Shown: positions 1 to 9,214 of the stretch, one piece after another
Layout of the letters: each line of letters begins with the position of its first letter
Position numbering within the stretch: the stretch's first letter is position 1
Source of the DNA: Eledone cirrhosa
Taxonomy: Eukaryota
Assembly (NCBI GenBank): GCA_964016885.1
Contig: OZ024742.1
Span: 318,184,001-318,248,000 of the forward strand
Length of the DNA: 64,000 nucleotides
Reading direction: 5' to 3'
The notes under the pieces: generated by a model
What the model was told of the DNA's origin: nothing
Databases searched by the model: none
The model's input: only the letters and a program-made list of their open reading frames with translations
Made by a program: the position numbers and the translations under genes

Positions 1-1268
1 GATCAGTGTTTTGGGGGGTCCGTATAGCTTTGGTCCACCCAATCCACCTTCCTATGGGAGTCTTTTTAGCCATTGAGGTTATGGTGGGGGGTCTACCTCT
101 TATAGGTCTACTAGGGCAGAAACATCTAAGGTCATGGCTGTCTAGGTAGTCAGTGTCGTAGGTAAGTCTAAGTAGGAGGCCCAGTTCGTCTGTGTCGACG
201 TCGCAGAACTCCACCTCACTCTCAATGATCATCTCCACACATCTTTTCACAGCAAAATCAATGTTAATGGATGGGTACAGTGACACCACATCCATGCTGC
301 CTATTATGCAATTGGATAGGCTCCTGTTTTTGTTGCACTCACTGATTCTGCTGAGGAGGTCCTCTGTACTTTCACATACATCTGGGGACATCTTGATTAT
401 GGGGCGTATAACCATTGAGAGGAAGTAGGAGATCCTGTAGTTGCTAGCTATATTAGCTCCGCATACGGGTCTTGTTGGTGGTCCTGTTGTCGGGTCGTCG
501 ACTGTCTTGTGGTCTTTGCGGAGCCCATACAAGGGTGGTATGCCATTGTTAGACGCCTGGAAGTTGTTGGCAGTGCGTCTGCTTGGCTTTAGGATGTCAG
601 TCCACATCATCATGTGAGCGTTGAGGATTTTTTCTCTCCCATCGTGTGTTAGTTGTGCAACTTCGCTCGTGTTGGTGATGTGGGGTTGCATTGCCTCGAT
701 GTAGTTCGGCATGCTATCTATTGACATCCTACCAGACTTATCTGTGGGTAGACACACTACCTCACCATCCCTTGTGCGCTGCCTGAGGCTAACCAAGCCT
801 TCTACAGGTTTTATCCCAAGTTGTTGGGCCTCTGGTCTGCTCTGTCTCATAGTGTACCTGTCTACTACTTGTCTAATCTTATTTCTAGCTATGGTGAACT
901 GTGCTTCCGTCTCGTCATCTATTTGCTGTGGTATGAAAACTCTTTTATTAAAGGGTAACCTCGTAGGATAGATATTACCCATCTTATATGTTTTGTCAGC
1001 TGGGTTGAAAAATAGTTTCTCTAAGGGGTTGTCGTTATTTCTATCGTCATAGTTGTGTGTGTTGCTATTATTGTTATCATGGTGGTTGTTGTTGTTTCTA
1101 TCATTAGCATTAATATTATTATTGTTATGATTGCTAGATGTATTGTTGTTTACTTCACCGTTATTGTTGTTGTTGTTACTGCTATTTCTACCATTGTGGT
1201 TGTTACTATTATTATGTTTCTTGTTTTTGTTGATGTTGCTACATGTACTATTTCCATTATTACCACTG

Positions 1269-1299
<31 letters not shown>

Positions 1300-1300
1300 A
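1..1300 (-). CDS. Penelope-like element (PLE) reverse transcriptase, partial; Asn-rich linker plus RT N-terminal half, continues beyond the window start
   Basis: Hand translation of the minus strand finds no stop from 1300 to 1 in the segments read: N-rich tract, then FFNPADKTYKMGNIYPTRLPFNKRVFIP...VVCLPTDKSGRM...IPPLYGLRKDHK...GPPTRPVCGA...IIGSMDVVSLYPSINID...ELGLLLRL...RGRPPTIT. TDKSG, LYGLRKDHK, TRPV and SMDVVSLYPSI correspond to the PLE RT motifs ADKG, YGLPKIHK, LRPI and SFDVxSLYTNI. Absent from the ORF track because no stop falls inside the window. The 5' end is cut by (TA)n and the Helitron. Confidence 0.88.
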
Positions 1301-2180
1301 CTAGCAGAATGGCCCGGCGTTGCTCGGGATTCTAAACATAGATTAGCATGTTTATCCCTCCTTTCTGAAACAGTACAGAGAAGTACAGAATACCTCGGCC
1401 TGGGGATGGTGTCTACAGTTTGTGTTTATAAAAACAATTCGTCGTAGATTACCAGGGGTTTAACTTAATTGGGTGCCTGAGAGTAAAATGTTCAACCCAC
1501 GAAAGCCAAGACGATAGGGTTAAGTGAAAAGACATTCGACAAACCGAACATGTAATTGTTGTGTTATGGTACAATGAAAGCAATAGTTACAGAGCAGTAA
1601 GCATGTGGGACTGCAGTGGTAGAGAGCATGAAGGAATTTAGTTGGATACTTTTAAGGTTACAGGCCCTAACGCAACCAAAATGCTAAACAATGCGGTCCG
1701 CGGGCAAAAATTTGAAATCTTTTTCAGTCAAAAAAATTTGTGAAACATAAGTAATGTATATGCAAAGTTAAAAAAAAAATCGGTTGGGTACTTCTCGAGT
1801 TACAGGCCCCAACGCAACCAAAGTGCTTTTAAAAAATTGGTGTTTCGCCTAATGCGGTCCCTGGGACAAAAAATGAGAAAATCTTTTTTTGCTCAAAATA
1901 CTTTGAACAACGTAAGTAATGCAAATTTTGAAGAAATCGCCTGGATTATTGTTCCATTATGCCTAAAAAAGCCTTTAACGCCTAAAATATGCTGTTTTTC
2001 ACCTAATGCGGTCCCTAGGGCATTGAAAATTTGAAGTATTTTTTTCTCAAAACACTCACACGGCCATAAGTATTACATGTATAAAGTTTGAAAAAAATCG
2101 GTTGGATGGTTCTCGAGTTTTAGGGGGACAGACAGACAGACAGATAGACAGACAGACATTCTCTGTTTTAGATATATAGA
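1301..2180 (-). mobile_element. Non-autonomous Helitron (Lep1-like, carries a microsatellite)
   Basis: On the minus strand it starts 5'-TC (2180-2179) after an A, followed by (TGTC)n at ~2128-2158. It ends with hairpin CCCGAGCAACGCCGGG (1328-1313) plus CTAG-3' (1304-1301) before a T, i.e. the canonical A|TC...CTAG|T with no TSD. Internal partial repeats include tacaggcccYaacgcaaccaaa (~1660, ~1801) and cctaatgcggtccc (~1848, ~2002). Confidence 0.85.
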
Positions 2181-2272
2181 TATATTCCTGCTATATCAAG
2201 CGTTATCCTAATATATCCCTACCATAGACTGTATCGATTGTGTTATTTCTGTTTACCTTTTATATATATATA

Positions 2273-2372
2273 TATATGTTCTGAAGACTAGGATTTTAAT
2301 CACCTGCTTAAGCATTCCCTATGCTCGGATAATTCCAGACATCCCTCTGGAAGAAACAATTGTCAGCAAATA
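2273..2372 (+). ncRNA. Hammerhead ribozyme-like motif (PLE pseudo-LTR type) with an enlarged stem II region
   Basis: CTGAAGA (2281-2287) ... GAAAC-AATT-GTC (2353-2364) with palindromic stem III ACAATTGT. Flanks TATATGTT/AGCAAATA can form stem I. The insert carries hairpins AGCAT/ATGCT and TTCCAGA/TCTGGAA. AATAAA follows. Confidence 0.55.
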
Positions 2373-2534
2373 AATGTATTAAACTAAGATTTGATTGTTT
2401 TAATATTTGTATCTCGGCTCTGTAATACACTTGATAACTTACATTGAGCTTTCTACTCTACCGGTAACTGGCTAGTACTTAGTACTAGCCTCCATATTTA
2501 TAACTGTATATTAAACATATATAAATATTATTAT

Positions 2535-2632
2535 TAACTTTGCCTTTCATCCTTACGGGCTCGATAAAATAAAGTACCAGTAATGCACTGGGTAATTGCT
2601 GGCCTTGTGCCTAGAGTAGAAACAATTATTAT
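2535..2632 (+). mobile_element. 5'-truncated SINE (same family as 8371-9182)
   Basis: ttaactttgcctttcatccttacgggctcgataaaataaagtaccagtaatgcactgggtaattgctggccttgtgcctagagtagaaacaattattatt is the reverse complement of the 3' half of the SINEs at 8371-9182 and 45597-45777, ending in an (ATT)n tail. Confidence 0.85.
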
Positions 2633-2749
2633 TACTATATATATATATATATATATATACATGTAAAGTTATATTTAAAATTGTTGGGTTACAACTAGTA
2701 AATATTTATAACTGATATAAAAGCACTCGACAAATATTTGGAGTATATT

Positions 2750-3220
2750 TACAATATTAAATAAATGGAAAACTATATTTATAAAACCATATTTATTTCA
2801 TTATATATATTTCGGGGATATCATATTAACAATATGCTATGCCTTCATCAGACAAAATACAATATAAACAGTTTTATAGATAAATATATTCGACATACCG
2901 TAATAAACATCAACTTCATTTGAAGAGGTTTACTCTAGCAGTGAAAATACAGAGAGAAAGAAAGAGAGAAAGAAAAGAGGGAAAAACGAAAGAAAGAAAG
3001 ACAAAACGAAGAGAAGGAAGAAAAAGAAGAAAAAGAAAAAGAAGAAATGCATGGAACAAAATAGAGAGATGGAAAAAATAGATAAAGTGAAGAGCTTCAT
3101 GTAAAGAGACAGAAAGATATATATATATAGAGAGAGAGAGGAAATAGAGATAGATACATATATATATATAGAAAATTAGGTAGTGGGAGGTCATTTTGAG
3201 TAAGTGTATCAATGATACAT

Positions 3221-3255
<35 letters not shown>

Positions 3256-4308
3256 GCTCAAGTATTAATGTAAGGGAGATATATAGAGAGATATAGAGAG
3301 ATATAGAGAGAGAAAAAAATTTAAAAATATCCAGACATATTCGAGGCGTAGAAAACCCTATGTTTTAATGTATTAGTATTTATAAAACTTACACTACACT
3401 GTAAATATCAGTATTCCTGAATGAAACAAGTATTCACAATGTGTGAAAATTCATTATCTTATGTTTAGTTTTAAAAATTCATATGTCTATGTGACAGCTA
3501 CAAATCTCAATGTGAATCCAACTGATTCACTCCGCAAACTCTAAGTTATCGGAAAACATTCTCAATGTGGTATAAAAATTTGAGCGTATTATTATTCTTG
3601 CGATTACTCTACAAGATTATCTATCAAGCAGAAATAGAGAGCAGATTTCAATATACTAATCGAAAATATATATTATATTATAAACATAATAATAAGTAAA
3701 AATATAGAATAGAAAACTAAAAAAAAAATATTACGAAAGAATATTACATAATAAAAATATTGCATATTAAAAATACTACGTATTAAAAAATATTACGTAT
3801 TAAAGATTTACATATAAAAATTTACATATAAAAATATATAAAAATATTAAAAAAATAATAAAATAAAAAATAAATAAAATAAAATAAAAATAAAAATATT
3901 ATAGAATACTACAATACTAAAAGAATAAAAGTAAAAATAAAAATAAAAATAAAAATAAAAATAAAAATAAAAATAAAAATAAAAATAAAAAAAATAAAAA
4001 TAAAAATAAAAATAAAAATAAAAATAAAAATAAAAATGAAAATAAAAATAAAAATAAACCACAAAAAAACAACCCTTCAGAGTTAATTGACAATATATTG
4101 CCACGTTCACTACAAGACAAAGCCAAAAAATTATCTATCAAATCACATCTGGCAAAGAATATCGTAAAAAGATTATGATGTTCAATTATGTCTACATATG
4201 TTCCTATGTTTAATATAGAAGTTTATCTAGTGTAAGGTTAATTCAAAAAATTTGGAGCATCGGCTTTTAGGGTAGCTTGATTTTTCATGAGGAATGTTTA
4301 GATAAAAA
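2750..4308 (-). repeat. Left arm of a ~1.55-kb inverted repeat
   Basis: Reverse complement of 5341-6893. For example, ggaatgtttagataaaaa (4291-4308) pairs with tttttatctaaacattcc (5341-5358). The ORF track shows near-identical mirrored ORFs at 2916..3212(-) and 6424..6720(+). Confidence 0.97.
2792..2860 (-). ncRNA. Mirror copy of the pLTR hammerhead motif
   Basis: tcatcag at 2845-2851 and tttcgggg at 2810-2817 are the reverse complement of the motif at 6785-6826. Confidence 0.65.
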
Positions 4309-5224
4309 CACTATAGTAAACTCAGTCCAAAAACGTATCTCTAGGATCTCGTCGAATAGAAAGATTTTTGACGAAAAGGCCCAATACTATAATGATGCAC
4401 TAGCTAGGGCAGGGTATGCTGATAAGATTGTATACATAGATAATGATAGACAAACTAAACAAAGTAACAACTTTTTTAATTACGGCAACAACATTAACAA
4501 CTATAATAGAAAGCATTACAATAATTCCAAAGGACAAAAAAGAAATAGAACTAGGAACATAATTCGGTTTGCCCCCCCTTTCTCACTAAACATTAAAACC
4601 CACATCGCTAAATTATTTTTCAAAGCTCTTGATAATCGCTTCCCTAGAACACATAGGTATCACTCAATCTTCAATAGGCATACAATTAAATTAACCTACT
4701 CATCCACCAAAAATTTAGCACAAAATATTAATAGAATAAATAATAGGAACTTAAAACCTACGGATAATAGCATAAATAATATACAAGTTAACAAATGTAA
4801 CTGTAGAGATAGATCTAAATGTCCGTTAAATAACAACTGCTTAGTTAAAAATATAGTATACAATTGTAATGTTAATACTGACTCTAATTCTTTTAACTAC
4901 GTCGGTTCCACATCGACGGAATTTAAACTTCGCTATAATAACCACAAGAATTCTTTCACAGATCCAAATAAAAAATCTTCAACGGCACTATCAGGGGTAC
5001 TCTGGCAACTTAAGCTAGATAACGTTAGATATTCGACGGCTTGGAATATAGTCTCAAGAGGGATTCCTTTTAATTCATCCTCTGAGACATGTGACCTCTG
5101 TGCAGAGGAGATATTCTTTATACTAAAATCTAAAAACTCCCTTAACCTACGGACAAATTTATTCAGTTGTTGCAAACATAGATTAAACTCAACGTTTAAA
5201 TATAAATTTAAATTTAAAATGTAG
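4277..5224 (+). CDS. PLE polyprotein C-terminus: RT thumb plus GIY-YIG endonuclease (Naiad-like)
   Basis: Motifs RISRISSN...YYNDALARAGY, RNIIRFAPPFSLNIKTHIAKLF...IFNRHTIKLTYSS, CNCRDRSKCPLNNNC, IVY...YVGST...FKLRYNNHKNSF, STALS, CDLC..E and LN.R...CCKH match the Cys-rich C-terminal GIY-YIG of Naiad PLEs. The first ~10 codons come from the inverted arm, so genuine element sequence begins at ~4309. Confidence 0.88.
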   Translation: MIFHEECLDKNTIVNSVQKRISRISSNRKIFDEKAQYYNDALARAGYADKIVYIDNDRQTKQSNNFFNYGNNINNYNRKHYNNSKGQKRNRTRNIIRFAPPFSLNIKTHIAKLFFKALDNRFPRTHRYHSIFNRHTIKLTYSSTKNLAQNINRINNRNLKPTDNSINNIQVNKCNCRDRSKCPLNNNCLVKNIVYNCNVNTDSNSFNYVGSTSTEFKLRYNNHKNSFTDPNKKSSTALSGVLWQLKLDNVRYSTAWNIVSRGIPFNSSSETCDLCAEEIFFILKSKNSLNLRTNLFSCCKHRLNSTFKYKFKFKM

Positions 5225-5340
5225 TATGTTTAGTTTGATTTATATTTATATGAGAACTAGCCGATAAATCTTTTGATTCCTAAATCTTTGATTCCCTCGT
5301 TTTACTCTTTTTATTGTTTATTTTATTTTATTTATTTTTA

Positions 5341-6376
5341 TTTTTATCTAAACATTCCTCATGAAAAATTAAGCTACCCTAAAAGCCGATGCTCCAAATT
5401 TTTTGAATTAACCTTACACTAGATAAACTTCTATATTAAACATAGGAACATATGTAGACATAATTGAACATCATAATCTTTTTACGATATTCTTTGCCAG
5501 ATGTGATTTGATAGATAATTTTTGGCTTTGTCTTGTAGTGAACGTGGCAATATATTGTCAATTAACTCTGAAGGGTTGTTTTTTTGTGGTTTATTTTTAT
5601 TTTTATTTTCATTTTTATTTTTATTTTTATTTTTATTTTTATTTTTATTTTTACTTTTATTCTTTTAGTATTGTAGTATTCTATAATATTTTTATTTTTA
5701 TTTTATTTTATTTATTTTTTATTTTTTTAATTATTTTTTTTTAATATTTTTATATATTTTTATATGTAAATTTTTATATGTAAATTGTTATATGTATATT
5801 TTTATATGTAAATTTTTATATGTAAATCTTTAATACGTAATATTTTTTAATACGTAGTATTTTTAATATGCAATATTTTTATTATGTAATATTCTTTCGT
5901 AATATTTTTTTTTAGTTTTCTATTCTATATTTTTACTTATTATTATGTTTATAATATAATATATATTTTCGATTAGTATATTGAAATCTGCTCTCTATTT
6001 CTGCTTGATAGATAATCTTGTAGAGTAATCGCAAGAATAATAATACGCTCAAATTTTTATACCACATTGAGAATATTTTCCGATAACTTAGAGTTTGCGG
6101 AGTGAATCAGTTGGATTCACATTGAGATTTGTAGCTGTCACATAGACATATGAATTTTTAAAACTAAACATAAGATAATGAATTTTCACACATTGTGAAT
6201 ACTTGTTTCATTCAGGAATACTGATATTTACAGTGTAGTGTAAGTTTTATAAATACTAATACATTAAAACATAGGGTTTTCTACGCCTCGAATATGTCTG
6301 GATATTTTTAAATTTTTTTCTCTCTCTATATCTCTCTATATCTCTCTATATATCTCCCTTACATTAATACTTGAGC

Positions 6377-6415
<39 letters not shown>

Positions 6416-6891
6416 ATGTATCATTGATACACTTACTCAAAATGACCTCCCACTACCTAATTTTCTATATATATATATGTATCTATCTCTATTTCCTCTC
6501 TCTCTATATATATATATATCTTTCTGTCTCTTTACATGAAGCTCTTCACTTTATCTATTTTTTCCATCTCTCTATTTTGTTCCATGCATTTCTTCTTTTT
6601 CTTTTTCTTCTTTTTCTTCCTTCTCTTCGTTTTGTCTTTCTTTCTTTCGTTTTTCCCTCTTTTCTTTCTCTCTTTCTTTCTCTCTGTATTTTCACTGCTA
6701 GAGTAAACCTCTTCAAATGAAGTTGATGTTTATTACGGTATGTCGAATATATTTATCTATAAAACTGTTTATATTGTATTTTGTCTGATGAAGGCATAGC
6801 ATATTGTTAATATGATATCCCCGAAATATATATAATGAAATAAATATGGTTTTATAAATATAGTTTTCCATTTATTTAATATTTAATATTG

Positions 6892-6893
<2 letters not shown>
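5341..6893 (+). repeat. Right arm of a ~1.55-kb inverted repeat (PLE 3' UTR/pLTR)
   Basis: Mirror of 2750-4308. Differences are mostly microsatellite copy numbers [(TTTTTA)n, (TAAA)n, tttttatatgtaaa units] plus a few substitutions. Confidence 0.97.
6776..6845 (+). ncRNA. Minimal hammerhead ribozyme motif in the PLE pLTR
   Basis: ATTTTGT-CTGATGA (6785-6791), stem II (CATATT/AATATG core), C-GAAA (6823-6826), T-ATAT-A-TA, then ATGAAAT. The core is intact, stem III is a short palindrome, and stem I uses G-U pairs. Confidence 0.65.
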
Positions 6894-6925
<32 letters not shown>

Positions 6926-6949
6926 CTTTAAGAGTGAGTCACTGAGCAA

Positions 6950-7028
6950 TATGTATTTGTTGTGGGGGCCCGGGGGGCGGCAGACTGAAGGGCTGCCCCA
7001 GGTAGCACACACTCTAGCTACGCCACTG
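6950..7028. mobile_element. Solo end of a hAT-type MITE
   Basis: A GC-rich stretch ends in CTAGCTACGCCACTG (7014-7028), the reverse complement of the common CAGTGGCGTAGCTAG-type terminal inverted repeat. No partner TIR was seen. Confidence 0.5.
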
Positions 7029-7029
7029 T

Positions 7030-7430
7030 TACTACATCATTCAAATCCCAGCATGCGATTACAACTACCCAGGTTCTGCTGCACGTCGGGCTGAGGAGGC
7101 CAAGCTCCTCAAATACCGGTCGCTTTCCGACAGGTTTGCGGTTGTACCCCTGGCAGTTGAGACTTCTGGTGTCCTCGGCCCTTGGGCTACCTCCCTACTC
7201 ACCACCATAGGCGCTGAGCTGGCCAGCCGCAGGTGTGAACCCCGCGAGTTGGAGTGGCTTTTCCAGCGCGTCTCCCTTGCTGTCCTCCGGGGAACGCCTT
7301 CTCCATCCTGTCCGCCGGGGCTGTGTGTATGGGTGGGGTGGGGGTGGGGTAGGGGGCATCGAGCAACATTCCATATTTAGGTATTTGTGTTCTCACATGT
7401 AGACGCATGTCCTTTGTCAACAAGTTCTGA
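7030..7430 (+). pseudogene. 3' fragment of a CRE-like non-LTR retrotransposon (restriction-like endonuclease C-terminus)
   Basis: From 7069 the frame reads PGSAARRAEEAKLLKYRSLSDRFAVVPLAVETSGVLGPWATSLLTTIGAELASRRCEPRELEWLFQRVSLAVLRG, then a 1-nt frameshift into NAFSIL. This fits the AE..K..KY / P.A.ET.G / QR.S.A..RGNA pattern of CRE-clade RLE tails. Confidence 0.8.
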
Positions 7431-7616
7431 ATGTAGAAGTGATATTAGACAACCATTGTGCTTTATACTAACTATACTTTTGTATCAAATTTGTATTACA
7501 ATTCTAAAATCCCTTTTACACTTTTTAAAATCTCTTTCTTCTCCCCTTCTCTTGTCCTCTCTTTCTCTCTCCTGTGGACCCTAATTCATGCCCCCTTCAC
7601 CACATCAAATACGATA

Positions 7617-7773
7617 CACGTGAAGTTTCGTTATAACGAAATTCACGGGGTATTAAAAAAATTCGTTGTAACGAAAAATTCTATTAAAAAGATCGACCTA
7701 ACACATCGAGCGTGTGGCCTGGGATTGAAAAATATTCGTTATAATGGTATTCGTTATAACGTAATTTTACCTG
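7617..7773. mobile_element. Tc1/mariner-superfamily (pogo/Tigger-like) MITE, 157 bp
   Basis: TA|CACGTGAAGTTTCGTTATAACGAA ... TTCGTTATAACGTAATTTTACCTG|TA: 24-bp imperfect TIRs with a TA TSD and internal TTCGTTRTAA sub-repeats. Confidence 0.85.
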
Positions 7774-8370
7774 TATATGTATTTAGGGACAATTCGCTTT
7801 AAAATTTCTTCAACGCCAAACATCACTTTAAAAATAACTTAAATACTCGTTACAAATAAAAATAAAAGCATATAATAAAAATTATGCAATATTTGTACAG
7901 TAAATAAACCGAACCAAGAGAAGGAAAAAAATCCTATTTATTGTTTTGTGTTCGTGTTTTGTCCTACTTGATGCATATTTAAAAAAAAAAAGAATGTAAA
8001 TTTATTTAACACCAAGTTACCGAGGGGCCCGTCATAATGGATTACAGAACAAACACCACCTGTAAAGCCAAATAATTATATAAGCTAGCAAAGTAATATA
8101 CTAATACACCAGCAAGCCTAGTTGACATTTTGTAACCTTAGAATTTAGTTCTTTATTTTTGTTCGGGAATCGTACGTTGACATGATTTTTATTCGTTACC
8201 AAATACGAAACGATTCGTTATCATGATTTTTTATTCCCAGAGTCATTTGTTAGGAATAGGCTAGGTAGCCGGTCCGGGCAAAATAGACAAATATGCTTTT
8301 TAAGCTTATTTTACCGGTAAACCCTGAATAGGCGCAACTCTGGCCGAGGTCTTTATTTTACCACTAAATA

Positions 8371-8560
8371 ATTGTTTCTACTTTTGGCACAAGGCCAGCA
8401 ATCATTCCAGTGCATTACTGGTACTTTATTTTATCTACTGCGTAAGGATAAAAGGCAAAGTTAACCTCGGCGGGATTTGAACTCAGATCGTAAAGGTCCG
8501 TAACTCCACGCTGCAAAGCATGGCATTCGAACCTCTAACGATACTGCCAATCCACCGCCA
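8371..8560 (-). mobile_element. tRNA-derived SINE, copy 1
   Basis: Minus strand: GGCGGTGGATTGGCAGTATCG (A-box-like), GAGTTCAAATCCC (B-box), core GCCTTT.ATCCTT...GATAAAATAAAGTACCAGT, tail GGCCTTGTGCC..AAGTAGAAACAAT. Confidence 0.88.
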
Positions 8561-8575
8561 ATTACCACTAAATAA

Positions 8576-8787
8576 TGATTTCTAGTATAGGCGCAAGGCC
8601 AGTCATTTGGAGGGGGGGGGGGGAGATTCAATTAAATCGACCCTTAGTACGTTACTGGTACTTTATTTATAAAGATGAAAGGCAAAGTTAACCTCGGCGG
8701 GATTTGAACTCAGACCGTAAAGGACCGTAACTCTATGCCATAAAACATGTTATCCGATGCTCTACCGATACTCCCGACCCACTGCCC
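8576..8787 (-). mobile_element. tRNA-derived SINE, copy 2 (divergent subfamily with a poly-C segment)
   Basis: Same head and B-box. The 3' part differs (G-run at 8611-8623, internal deletion). Confidence 0.85.
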
Positions 8788-8804
8788 TTTTTACCACTAA
8801 ATAA

Positions 8805-8989
8805 TTGTTTCTACTTTAGGCACAAGGCCAGCAATTACCCAGTACATTACTGGTACTTTATTTTATCGACCCCGTAAGGATGAAAGGCAAAGTCAACCTA
8901 GGCGGAATTTGAACTCAGATCGTAAAGCGACGTAACTATGCTGGAAAGCATGGCGTCCGAGCCTCTACCGATACTGCCATCCACCGCCC
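8805..8989 (-). mobile_element. tRNA-derived SINE, copy 3
   Basis: Full-length match to copies 1 and 4. Confidence 0.88.
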
Positions 8990-8995
8990 TTTTAT

Positions 8996-9182
8996 AATTG
9001 TTTCTACTTTAGGCACAAGGCCAGCAATTACCCAGTGCAATACTGGTACTTTATTTTATCGACCCCGTAAGGATGAAAGGCAAAGTCAACCACGGCGGGA
9101 TTTGAACTCAGATCGTAAAGGGAAGTAAATATACTGGAAAGCATGGCGTCCGACCCTCTACCGATACTGCCAATCCACCGCC
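8996..9182 (-). mobile_element. tRNA-derived SINE, copy 4
   Basis: Full-length match; very similar to the copy at 45597-45777. Confidence 0.88.
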
Positions 9183-9214
9183 ATTTTTACCACTAAATAA
9201 TAAAGTGTTTTAGA

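Larger units (their letters stand above)
2660..6893 (+). mobile_element. Naiad-type Penelope-like retroelement, 5'-truncated, with an inverted 5' copy of its 3' UTR/pLTR
   Basis: GIY-YIG ORF remnant (4309-5224) is followed by a long AT-rich 3' region with a hammerhead motif. That 3' region is duplicated in inverted orientation upstream, a known PLE architecture. Confidence 0.8.

Noticed and set aside
192-1300. Plus-strand ORFs 192..428, 711..971 and 1055..1300
   Set aside because: Antisense shadows of the minus-strand PLE RT frame.
4309-5400. Selenoprotein/SECIS feature reported for some Naiad elements
   Set aside because: No in-frame TGA in the visible ORF and no convincing SECIS stem found by eye; SECISearch would settle it.
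2916-6720. F/Y/L-rich ORFs (2916..3212, 3847..4141, 5508..5744, 6424..6720)
   Set aside because: Translations of low-complexity AT/AG tracts in the inverted arms.
8371-9182. tRNA gene cluster
   Set aside because: A/B boxes are present but there is no cloverleaf, and each head continues into a SINE body and tail.
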